From the IMG/VR virus record IMGVR_UViG_3300028393_000019, positions 1 through 64,000 of that record: a DNA stretch of 64,000 nucleotides; one strand, 5' to 3'. The notes beneath the pieces were generated by a model, which made no database searches, was not told the origin of the DNA, and saw only the letters and a program-made list of their open reading frames with translations. Below, piece after piece: positions 40,384-48,879 of this stretch. The first letter of the stretch is position 1. Each line of letters begins with the position of its first letter. Position numbers and translations under genes: made by a program.

Positions 40384-40984
40384 CATTATAGAAGTTGACA
40401 ATATTATCCCGCTTGATTATCAGAATCATTTACTTGATACATTCACAGGCTGGGAATTTCCATGGGTCCTTAATAAGAATATGGTGTCGGGCGACGAGTG
40501 TTTTAAGAACATGTCAAACAATCCTCCGGGATTTAATCACTTCTTTTACGAAAAAAGTGCGCCAGTGAGTAATTTCTTTCAACTGGTGTACCCGCTAGTA
40601 TTAAGTATAACCAGTCAAGCAAAGGTACCCTTTAACAGACTATACAGAATGCGAGCCAATTTGACACTGGCAAATCAAAAATCGGACTCTGATATGTTGA
40701 TGCCGCACATTGACAGTTTCCACCCGCACTGGAATGCAATTTACTATGTGAATGACAGCGACGGAGATACTATTATTTTTAACGAAACCAATGACGAGTT
40801 TGATCCGGGGCAAAAAGATATAGACAAAATTAAAAATGGTGAATTTACAATCAAACATAGAATTACTCCCAAGAAGGGTAAACTGATTGCGTTCCCAGGC
40901 AAATATTATCATACTGCAAGTTTCTGTAAAGAAGCAGACTATAGATGTTTAATCAATATTAACTTGGGAAATTTATTTGTATGA
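40376..40984 (+). CDS. Fe(II)/2OG oxygenase, paralogue of 37877
   Basis: PHIDS, YYVNDSDGDT, FPGKYYHTAS, RCLININ. Confidence 0.8.
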   Translation: MNDIIEVDNIIPLDYQNHLLDTFTGWEFPWVLNKNMVSGDECFKNMSNNPPGFNHFFYEKSAPVSNFFQLVYPLVLSITSQAKVPFNRLYRMRANLTLANQKSDSDMLMPHIDSFHPHWNAIYYVNDSDGDTIIFNETNDEFDPGQKDIDKIKNGEFTIKHRITPKKGKLIAFPGKYYHTASFCKEADYRCLININLGNLFV

Positions 40985-41523
40985 CAGACTACACACTATA
41001 TCAGTCAGAATTTATTGCCAACAATCAAGATTTAATATTTGAAGATATCAATCGTGCCCACGATTTATTTAGAGAAGTATTTCCTAATCAAGACTCAACT
41101 TGGACTTATCACAAGTATAATATATTTGCGCTAACTGCGCCGTCAACAGCATTTTATCAAATATACACAGAATTGAGAAACTTGGTCAGATCACAGTTGG
41201 GTAACGATAGGCCATTGTGGTTTCAAGCATGGATCAATTACCATCAACAATCCGAATTGTTAAAATGGCACGGGCACGAGTTTGATTATCACGGGTATAT
41301 TGCAATTGACCCCAAGAATACCAAGACAGTATTTGAAGGGTATGAAATTGTAAACAAACCAGGACAGATTTACTTTGGTCCAGGCTGGAGAGAACATATG
41401 GTGGAAGCAATCTCACCATTTCAAGGAGTTAGAACTACAATTGGGTTTGATATATTTACAACTCCGGATAACCGCCATGTAGCCCACCCTTACACCAATA
41501 TGAGTCTAATGCCATTGCTATGA
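40981..41523 (+). CDS. putative Fe(II)/2OG oxygenase
   Basis: AWINY...LKWHGH, HGYI, distal EHMV, RTTIGFD. Confidence 0.65.
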   Translation: MTDYTLYQSEFIANNQDLIFEDINRAHDLFREVFPNQDSTWTYHKYNIFALTAPSTAFYQIYTELRNLVRSQLGNDRPLWFQAWINYHQQSELLKWHGHEFDYHGYIAIDPKNTKTVFEGYEIVNKPGQIYFGPGWREHMVEAISPFQGVRTTIGFDIFTTPDNRHVAHPYTNMSLMPLL

Positions 41524-42158
41524 AACAAGATTACTATATTATCAAAAATGCTATCAGCAAAGAACTGGCTGAATTTATTGCTCTTGAGTTTAGCATGATG
41601 GAAACTACTTGCAAGCATTTGTATCCCGATGCTGATTTGTCAGATTTATGTAAAGGCACATTCGCTCGTTACAGTCCGCTAATGGTAGAAGCATTGTCAG
41701 TATCACTACAGCCCAAGATTGAACAAGCAGTTGGAATGAAATTGTTGCCAACATACTCTTATGCACGTATCTACTACAAAGACACTGATTTAAAATCCCA
41801 TTTTGATCGTGCAAGTTCTGAAGTCACAGTTAGCGTGTGCCTACAACAAACAGCCACATGGCCCTTGTATGTAAAAAATGCCGAAGGAGTAATCCACGCA
41901 ATCAATTTGGAAGTGGGCGATGCTGGAATTTATTGCGGCCGCAAGCACGAACACTGGCGAGAACCTTTACAAGAAGAAGGTCAGCATGTTCAAGCATTTT
42001 TACAATACGTTGACGCTGAAGGTGACGATGCCTGGCTTAAATGGGATACTCGACCCTGTTTAGGGTTACCTTTTGAGTATGCCAGCCAGGCAATACAATC
42101 AGAATTAAGTCACATTAAGAATGTTAAAAACTTAATGGATTCTGTTGGTAAACTGTAA
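41520..42158 (+). CDS. Fe(II)/2OG oxygenase
   Basis: PTYSYARIY...HFDRASSEVTVSVCL, GDAGIYCG..HEHWRE, QAFLQY. Confidence 0.8.
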   Translation: MKQDYYIIKNAISKELAEFIALEFSMMETTCKHLYPDADLSDLCKGTFARYSPLMVEALSVSLQPKIEQAVGMKLLPTYSYARIYYKDTDLKSHFDRASSEVTVSVCLQQTATWPLYVKNAEGVIHAINLEVGDAGIYCGRKHEHWREPLQEEGQHVQAFLQYVDAEGDDAWLKWDTRPCLGLPFEYASQAIQSELSHIKNVKNLMDSVGKL

Positions 42159-42374
42159 TCAAGCGGGTTTGCTGTTAATAAACACAGCACCTTCTGGAAC
42201 TTTGGATTCTTCAACTTTCAAAGGGCCAGCCACGTGCCAACGTGGTCCGTCGACATCATTGAATATCACACCTGCTTCGTTACGTGTGTTTGCATAACAA
42301 TACTTTTCAATGGTATGTAATGCTGATGTGTTTGGGTTATCACCATCTCTTAAAATTACTTTGTAAATGTTCAT
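42159..42374 (-). CDS. small hypothetical protein
   Basis: 71 aa with strong SD (AGGAG) and its own TAAATA upstream on the minus strand. Confidence 0.65.
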   Translation of the reverse strand: MNIYKVILRDGDNPNTSALHTIEKYCYANTRNEAGVIFNDVDGPRWHVAGPLKVEESKVPEGAVFINSKPA

Positions 42375-42396
42375 TTACTATCTCCTACGATAAATG

Positions 42397-42402
42397 TATT
42401 TA
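42397..42402 (-). promoter_or_regulatory. late promoter core (CTAAATA)
   Basis: Overlaps the stop of the 514-aa halogenase, upstream of the SD of the 71-aa gene. Confidence 0.45.
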
Positions 42403-43944
42403 GTTTGTTTTATCCAGCCATTCTTCAATGGTCCAAAATGGCTCAACAAGAATCTTGTACTTGTCTCTGTTGATATTTAGTACTTTTTCTCCTACCTTGA
42501 GAAACTTTTCATTTGTTTTTGCTAAATTGGTGTGATCAAATACAGACAGCCCCTGCAACACCATGAGCCAAGCACTTGCAGAATATCCGTGACAATACGG
42601 TTCAGGGCGATCGCTGTTAAAATATTCTCCCCAAGCAGTTAATTTTTCCTTTAAACTTGGAGGAATACGAAATTCGTCATATGCATGACTTTTCCAGAAG
42701 TCAGTGTCTCTACGTTGCCCTCTATAATGCAATGCTAGAAAGTCTCTAATATCTTCGGTAATATACCATATGCGATCGTTGAATCTCTTAATTGTTTCAG
42801 TGGGATGGTTGGCTTCGTAAGGGCTCCAATAGTCCTGTAAACCAAACAAACTTTCAACAATAACTGCAATTCCGTTAGCTTCAAGCGGTTCTAAAAAGCC
42901 ACTACTGAGTCCTATAGCAACAACATTGTTTTTCCAAGCGTTGCGCATCATGCCAGGGTCGAACTGAAAATTAGCAATTGGTTCTATCTTTTTATTGAAT
43001 CGTAATTCAGCTTCCTGCACTGCTTGATCAAGTGTTATATGATCCGGATCATAAATGTATCCGTTGCCAGACCTGTTGCGAATATTGATGTTCCAACTCC
43101 AACCGTATTTCATAGCAGTGGCATTGGTAGTCACACACGGACAAGTTTCATCCCACCATGCCACAACTGCTCTGGATGGAAAATAACTGGTGGCATCAAC
43201 AATTGGTTCTTTCAGTTGTTTACCCAACAGTAATCTTGCAAATCCTGAGCAATCAAAAAACCAGTCACCTTCTGCAACACGCCCATTGGTTAGTGTTATA
43301 CTGGTAACGTCACCGTTGAGATCCTGCATGGTCTGCTGGAACTCGCCTTCTAATAAAGTGATACCCCGTTCCAGTCCTATTTTTTTAAGATAGGCAGCGG
43401 TGCTTCTGCTTTCAAAATGCCACATGGGCACACATGGAATATCAGAGGCAGCTCCAAACGGTACTTTGTTCTCTTTGATAAAATAATTGGCATAGAATGC
43501 GTCTGCTGTAGGAATACGGTTTGCCAATATGGTACGCATGTATCTATCCTTGGCGCTCTCGGCATTCATGAGGGACATCAAAGTTCCCACAGTCAATTCA
43601 TCTCGATTTTCTGCAAAATAATCAGTCCAACCGTTGAGATATGGTGCATAATCAGTTTGAAGTGAGTGAATAAATTCTGTGCCTACTCCATTCCAGTCAG
43701 TGAACTTGCCACCCAACTTGGGTGTGGCATTAACCTGTCGAATAAAATCATTTATATCAATTCGTAAATGTTTTAATAATGTTACAAATGTAGTATTACC
43801 GCTTTCGCCTGCAATAATAGGCGGCTGATTAGGATTCTCAATAACAGTAACTTGTGCCCTGTGCCAATTGCGTTGGACGAACAGGGCAGTTAACCATCCT
43901 GCTGTACCGCCTCCTAATACAACAACTTTAGAATTTGTATACAT
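42400..43944 (-). CDS. flavin-dependent halogenase family protein (divergent)
   Basis: GGGTAG, IIAGESG, NATPKLGGKF, FFDCSGF, GWSWNIN, FLEPLEANG. Confidence 0.88.
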   Translation of the reverse strand: MYTNSKVVVLGGGTAGWLTALFVQRNWHRAQVTVIENPNQPPIIAGESGNTTFVTLLKHLRIDINDFIRQVNATPKLGGKFTDWNGVGTEFIHSLQTDYAPYLNGWTDYFAENRDELTVGTLMSLMNAESAKDRYMRTILANRIPTADAFYANYFIKENKVPFGAASDIPCVPMWHFESRSTAAYLKKIGLERGITLLEGEFQQTMQDLNGDVTSITLTNGRVAEGDWFFDCSGFARLLLGKQLKEPIVDATSYFPSRAVVAWWDETCPCVTTNATAMKYGWSWNINIRNRSGNGYIYDPDHITLDQAVQEAELRFNKKIEPIANFQFDPGMMRNAWKNNVVAIGLSSGFLEPLEANGIAVIVESLFGLQDYWSPYEANHPTETIKRFNDRIWYITEDIRDFLALHYRGQRRDTDFWKSHAYDEFRIPPSLKEKLTAWGEYFNSDRPEPYCHGYSASAWLMVLQGLSVFDHTNLAKTNEKFLKVGEKVLNINRDKYKILVEPFWTIEEWLDKTN

Positions 43945-45433
43945 GTGGGTTTGCTCGTTGTTTAATTATTTCTAGTGCTTGTCTATGTGAATAGAACGTG
44001 TCATTTTCATCACTTAGCTTGGTGGCTTTCATAAATTCATCAGTGTCTGCTGAGTGTGCTAACATATGAGCTTCATACTTGTCTCGAATACTTGTATTAT
44101 CAAACATACCCAGACCATGCATAACTTGACCATAATTTAAATATGAAAACAGTATCATGGGATGATTAAACAGATTAATGTTTGGATATCCTTTCTTGAA
44201 ATAGTCTAAGTATTTTGCGTTAAATTCTGTAGGTACAATTTCATTTTTGCACCAACGCCAGAACTCACTGTTGTCACGTTTGGTAAAATAATGTAGTTGT
44301 ATAAAGTCTATAATATTTTCTGAAATAGTTTTCATATGTTTGTTATAGCGTTCGGCAGTTAGTTCTTCACCTCGTTCATAAAAGAACAAATCAGGTAGCA
44401 TCATAGATGCTTGCTGTATAGTAGTGCCAATACTGCTAGCTTCGAGCGGCTCGACAAATATACCGCTTAACCCAACCATAACACAATTTTTAATCCAGTA
44501 GTTTTCTACATAGCCTGCACTAAATTTAACCTTCTTACCAATAGTAAGTGTCTGATCAATGCCAAGATTATTTTTATAATGTTGTGAAACTTCATCAAAC
44601 GCATGGGTCTCATTCATAAACTCATCGCAGAATACATAGCCATTGCCGTAACGCTCTTGCGTGGGTATGCGCCACACCCATCCACTGCTTAGGGCCGTTG
44701 CTTCCGTGTAGGAAGGTATAACTTCAGTGTAATCTGTTGGAAATGCAATAGCACTGTTCATAGGCAACTGCTTGGAACAGTCAACCCATTTAGCACCTAA
44801 CTTGCTGCCAATAATTCTTTTGAATCCACTACAGTCAATATAAAACTCATATGCATGATGTGTACCGGTTACGTCAACTAGTTCTTTAACATACCCATCT
44901 TCATCAAGAATGACATCTTCAACTTCAGTGTCTATAACTGTAATTTTTCTTTCTTTACACACTCTATGTAAGAAGTCATTGAGTTTATTAGTGTCAAAGT
45001 GATATTGACTTAATATATCATGTACCGGCTCAATATGCAGACCGTCTTGCGCCTTGCGCCACACGGTATCTAACGGATCCCAATCTTCACCAATCATACG
45101 CAACCAAGTAAATGGAAGTCCGTGTACTTTCGACACAGAACCATACTGCTCTGATAAACTATGGAAATAACTTTTGCCATCACCGTTCCAGTCAGTAAAC
45201 TTAATACCTATTTTAAATGTAGCACCAGTTTCTCGAACTAACGAAAAAATATCAATATCCACGTGCCGCATAAACACACGCCAGTGCTCAGTTGATCCTT
45301 CGCCTACCCCGATAATACCTATCTTTGAACTTTCAATCATGGTGATTTTAATCTCTGGCCATGCTTTGCGTAGCATCAATGCGGTGACTAGGCCGCTAGT
45401 TCCGCCACCGAGTATACAAACTGAATTGATCAT
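43928..45433 (-). CDS. flavin-dependent halogenase family protein
   Basis: GGGTSG, IGVGEGS, GATFKIGIKF, YIDCSGF, GWVWRIP, FVEPLEASS. Confidence 0.9.
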   Translation of the reverse strand: MINSVCILGGGTSGLVTALMLRKAWPEIKITMIESSKIGIIGVGEGSTEHWRVFMRHVDIDIFSLVRETGATFKIGIKFTDWNGDGKSYFHSLSEQYGSVSKVHGLPFTWLRMIGEDWDPLDTVWRKAQDGLHIEPVHDILSQYHFDTNKLNDFLHRVCKERKITVIDTEVEDVILDEDGYVKELVDVTGTHHAYEFYIDCSGFKRIIGSKLGAKWVDCSKQLPMNSAIAFPTDYTEVIPSYTEATALSSGWVWRIPTQERYGNGYVFCDEFMNETHAFDEVSQHYKNNLGIDQTLTIGKKVKFSAGYVENYWIKNCVMVGLSGIFVEPLEASSIGTTIQQASMMLPDLFFYERGEELTAERYNKHMKTISENIIDFIQLHYFTKRDNSEFWRWCKNEIVPTEFNAKYLDYFKKGYPNINLFNHPMILFSYLNYGQVMHGLGMFDNTSIRDKYEAHMLAHSADTDEFMKATKLSDENDTFYSHRQALEIIKQRANPHVYKF

Positions 45434-46932
45434 AATGCGTATTCTATTCCTTTTAATCGCTGTTTAACAAGGGCAATAGCATCCTTGTGTTTCATCCACC
45501 CATCTGTAGTAGAACTATGCATTTGTTTAATGTTGCTTTCACACCGCTCTCTATATTTTGCTCCGTATTGTGCATCGTATAACTGTTTAATTTTAGCAGT
45601 ATCAAACATTCTTAGCCCATGCATAACTTGTGTCCAGTTTAAACAATCATAAATTCTAAACAACGACATTAAACCGTCTTCTGGTAATACTATTTGATTA
45701 ATAAAATTTGTTTTAAAATTTTCTATGTTAGCTTTATTAAACTCTGTCATCTTTATATCATGTTTACACCAGCGCCAGAACTCTGTATCTTCTCGCTGTG
45801 TGAAATAGTGTAGCTGAATAAAGTCTAACACGTTTAGCATCATATCGTCAAATACTCTATTATACTCGTTAATTGTTGCAGAGTCATTACGATGCCAGTT
45901 CCATAATCCAGCAACTAATAATCTTGATTGTTGAATAGTAGTTGAGATACTGCTAGCTTCAAGGGGCTCTACAAAGTTACTGCTAAGACCAATACTTACA
46001 CAGTTCTTGATCCATGCCTTGTTTACTCTTCCTGATACAAAGTTAATCTTTCTGCCAATATTAATAGTGTCTTTAAAATGTGTTTGTATTTCTGCGATCG
46101 CTTGATCTTCAGTAATAAATTGATCGCTGAATACGTATCCATTACCAAAGCGCCCCTGTACCGGACTGCGCCAGTGCCATCCACTGTCCATGGCTTTCGA
46201 TAATGTGTATACTGGTATGTCATCTTGATCAGTAGTTTGAAAGGCTACTGCACTGTTCATTGGTAAATGAGCCGACCAGTCAACCCACGTAGCACCAAGT
46301 TTGGATGCAATTACTCGTCTAAATCCGCTACTGTCAATAAAGAAGTCTGCAGAGTAGTGTTGATTATCAGAGCTAACAATTGATTTGACAAAACCAGCAT
46401 CGTCTAAAACACAGTCTACAACTTCAGCTTCAACTATAGATATACCTCGTCCAGTACATAATTTTTCTAAGTATGCATTTAATTTTTCACTGTCAAAGTG
46501 AAACTGATAGTAATCAGTTAACGGTTCCGCCACCATGTTGTCTTCAAGGATCATCTTCCAGTGCATATCCTCAGCTTTTATACCGTCACCTATTATTCGC
46601 ATCATAGAGTATGCCGCGCCAGTATGTGGATCCATTCCGACATATCCTTCGGGTAAACTATGAAAATAGCTAGTACCGTCACCGTGCCAATTTTCAAACT
46701 TAATACCTGTTTTAATAGTCGCACCGCAATGCTCAATTAATTCTATAAAACTAATACCAACTGCATTAGCAAATCGTGTCCAGTGTTCAGTAGATCCCTC
46801 TCCGACACCTATGGTTCCAATTTTGCTGGATTTGACCAAGGTAATATCAAGGTGCGGAATAGATGCCTTGAGGTACAGTGCATTCATTAAACCAGCGTTG
46901 CCGCCACCTAGTACACAAATTGAGTTTATCAT
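45430..46932 (-). CDS. flavin-dependent halogenase family protein
   Basis: Start set at MINSICVLGGGNAG (46932) by alignment to its neighbour MINSVCILGGG; GATIKTGIKF, FIDSSGF, GWHWRSP, FVEPLEASS. Confidence 0.9.
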   Translation of the reverse strand: MINSICVLGGGNAGLMNALYLKASIPHLDITLVKSSKIGTIGVGEGSTEHWTRFANAVGISFIELIEHCGATIKTGIKFENWHGDGTSYFHSLPEGYVGMDPHTGAAYSMMRIIGDGIKAEDMHWKMILEDNMVAEPLTDYYQFHFDSEKLNAYLEKLCTGRGISIVEAEVVDCVLDDAGFVKSIVSSDNQHYSADFFIDSSGFRRVIASKLGATWVDWSAHLPMNSAVAFQTTDQDDIPVYTLSKAMDSGWHWRSPVQGRFGNGYVFSDQFITEDQAIAEIQTHFKDTINIGRKINFVSGRVNKAWIKNCVSIGLSSNFVEPLEASSISTTIQQSRLLVAGLWNWHRNDSATINEYNRVFDDMMLNVLDFIQLHYFTQREDTEFWRWCKHDIKMTEFNKANIENFKTNFINQIVLPEDGLMSLFRIYDCLNWTQVMHGLRMFDTAKIKQLYDAQYGAKYRERCESNIKQMHSSTTDGWMKHKDAIALVKQRLKGIEYAL

Positions 46933-47012
46933 AACCAGTTCTTCTCGAAGTTTTTTTGTAGTGTAATATATATCATTGTACACGCAGATGTTCTGCAGAC
47001 CTGAAAGGAACT

Positions 47013-47603
47013 ATGTCCGAAAAGCAACTATGGCCTTTGTTTTCAAAGCCAATTTTTAAAACACACTTAGACGTTTCTAAAGTGGACTTGTCTAATATCA
47101 AATGGGCAAGGAACTATCAAAACTGGATTAGCGAATCTCAAAAAGTGCTTGACGATCCTGTATTAACTGACTTTGCCAATCAGATTTCAGATAACCTTGT
47201 GGAATACTTTTACGGAATCATGGGTGCAAATCCAAATGTAAAGATGTATGTTACTGAAAGTTGGTTTAACAAAACAGAAAAAGGACAAAGTCATCATAGA
47301 CATTGGCATCCTAACAGTATCTTATCAGGTGTAGTTTATCTTGACAGCGAAGGCGACAGCGGCCGCATTAAATTTATTACCAGCCAGTATGACACAATTG
47401 AATACAATATTGTTGAGTCTAACTTGTATAATTCACGTAGTTGGTCAGTAGTTCCGGAAGCTGGTACTATGCTAATATTCCCCAGTAATGTAGAGCACAT
47501 GGTTGAAGAGTACATTGGCGACAAACCGCGATTTAGTCTGTCGTTTAACACATTTATCAGCGGTGACATCAACGTAGATCCGTTGACTCGACTTAAAATT
47601 TAA
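47013..47603 (+). CDS. Fe(II)/2OG oxygenase, TIGR02466-like
   Basis: LFSKPI, SWFN...SHHRHWHPNSILSGVVYL, LIFPSNVEHMV, RFSLSFN; SD AAAGGA. Confidence 0.88.
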   Translation: MSEKQLWPLFSKPIFKTHLDVSKVDLSNIKWARNYQNWISESQKVLDDPVLTDFANQISDNLVEYFYGIMGANPNVKMYVTESWFNKTEKGQSHHRHWHPNSILSGVVYLDSEGDSGRIKFITSQYDTIEYNIVESNLYNSRSWSVVPEAGTMLIFPSNVEHMVEEYIGDKPRFSLSFNTFISGDINVDPLTRLKI

Positions 47604-48430
47604 ATTTTATTCTTGGGATATTTGTTTCTAAAATAGCGAAACAGGTCAGTAATAATCCTGATTTTGTTACCCACTGTATCTGTCTTAGGGAATCGGCTGT
47701 GATTTGAAAACACATAAGCATCCTCTATTTCACGATCGACGTCGTCTGCACTATCAACTATAAATTCTATATTGTTACTGTTCAGTAACTCTCTGCTGAT
47801 CGGTACATACTGTACAAGCGGTGTGCCTGCTTTGACAAGAACTTCGCCTTCAATTATATGCCAAAATAGTTGTACACTGATTGCATGCATGTAGCGTGGA
47901 TCAACAATGCCAATAGCCGCAGTAAAGCGTTCTTCATTGGTATAAGTCACTGGAATTTGTAGGAATACAATATCGTCACTGGCTTTGACACGCCATGGCG
48001 TTTCCACTTTAACCCCACTATGATGATACTGTTTTTCGCTGTGCGGGCATTCTCGAGGTATTAACGGTTCAACCTGCGGAGGACTGTGCCAGCTGATGTA
48101 ATAATCAGTGCCGCCAAATGTATATTTGTTGCTGTGACGTTTGAATGAAAATGGATGCTCCCAGGATATATCTGTAGGGCCCTTGCCTGTTTTGATAATA
48201 AAATCAGCCGGCGCACAAATCACATAGCCCGCTCGATTAATTTGTTTTATCGCCGGACAATTTAGTACAGTTTGATTGCCTTGTTCAGGACGATTGCGAT
48301 CAAGATTACCTAATCCGTTCCAGTCGCGCTCAACAAGTGTATTTTTTATAACTGGATAAATGGTTGATACATTTTGATCAAGGGAATAAAATCTTACCCA
48401 GCTTTTTTTCTTTTTAAACCAATCAAACAT
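47600..48430 (-). CDS. DUF6065/dUTPase-fold-like protein, paralogue of 34141
   Basis: WVRFYSL, LNCPAI...GYVICAPADF, KVETPWRV, GIVD, VKAGTPLVQYVP. Confidence 0.55.
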   Translation of the reverse strand: MFDWFKKKKSWVRFYSLDQNVSTIYPVIKNTLVERDWNGLGNLDRNRPEQGNQTVLNCPAIKQINRAGYVICAPADFIIKTGKGPTDISWEHPFSFKRHSNKYTFGGTDYYISWHSPPQVEPLIPRECPHSEKQYHHSGVKVETPWRVKASDDIVFLQIPVTYTNEERFTAAIGIVDPRYMHAISVQLFWHIIEGEVLVKAGTPLVQYVPISRELLNSNNIEFIVDSADDVDREIEDAYVFSNHSRFPKTDTVGNKIRIITDLFRYFRNKYPKNKI

Positions 48431-48879
48431 TAGATTAACTCCACTAGATCGAAGACAGTTTGTAATTTTGTGCGAATAGTTTTGCTTGAAAAACTATTAC
48501 GGAGTCCTTGATGCAAAGGTTTTGGAGAACGATCCATTGTAGCCCATGCCCAACCTTGATGTTCATCACTTAGCACAGGTACAAATTCTGCGTCAACTAC
48601 ACACAGGTAAGTGTGAAAGTTGAATACACGATCGTTTGATACAAATGTTTCTAGCGGAATAGTTTTTATTATGCTGGGGTGACTACCAATTTCTTCGGTA
48701 ATTTCACGCTGTAGACCCTGCCAAGGCGTTTCGCCTGTGACATTGGTACCGCCCACTAGGCCCCAAGTACCTTCATGCTTACCTGTAGCTTTTTGTAGCA
48801 GTAGAAAACGTCTCGTAGATTTGGCATAAAACAATGCTCCGCTACAGACTATTTGTTCTTTTACAATATGATTTTCCAT
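48430..48879 (-). CDS. NUDIX hydrolase
   Basis: Nudix box GGTNVTGETPWQGLQREITEEIG; LSDEHQGWAW. Confidence 0.88.
   Translation of the reverse strand: MENHIVKEQIVCSGALFYAKSTRRFLLLQKATGKHEGTWGLVGGTNVTGETPWQGLQREITEEIGSHPSIIKTIPLETFVSNDRVFNFHTYLCVVDAEFVPVLSDEHQGWAWATMDRSPKPLHQGLRNSFSSKTIRTKLQTVFDLVELI

Noticed and set aside
46933-46983. 17-aa N-terminal extension of the 517-aa halogenase ORF
   Set aside because: The paralogue starts at the equivalent MINS; the extension falls in the AT-rich divergent intergenic region.
32553-47603. DNA hypermodification (TET/JBP-type) role for the oxygenases
   Set aside because: No TET/JBP-like signature, methylase, glycosyltransferase or thymidylate-synthase-like partner in the window, and the island starts at a late promoter; not excluded genome-wide.
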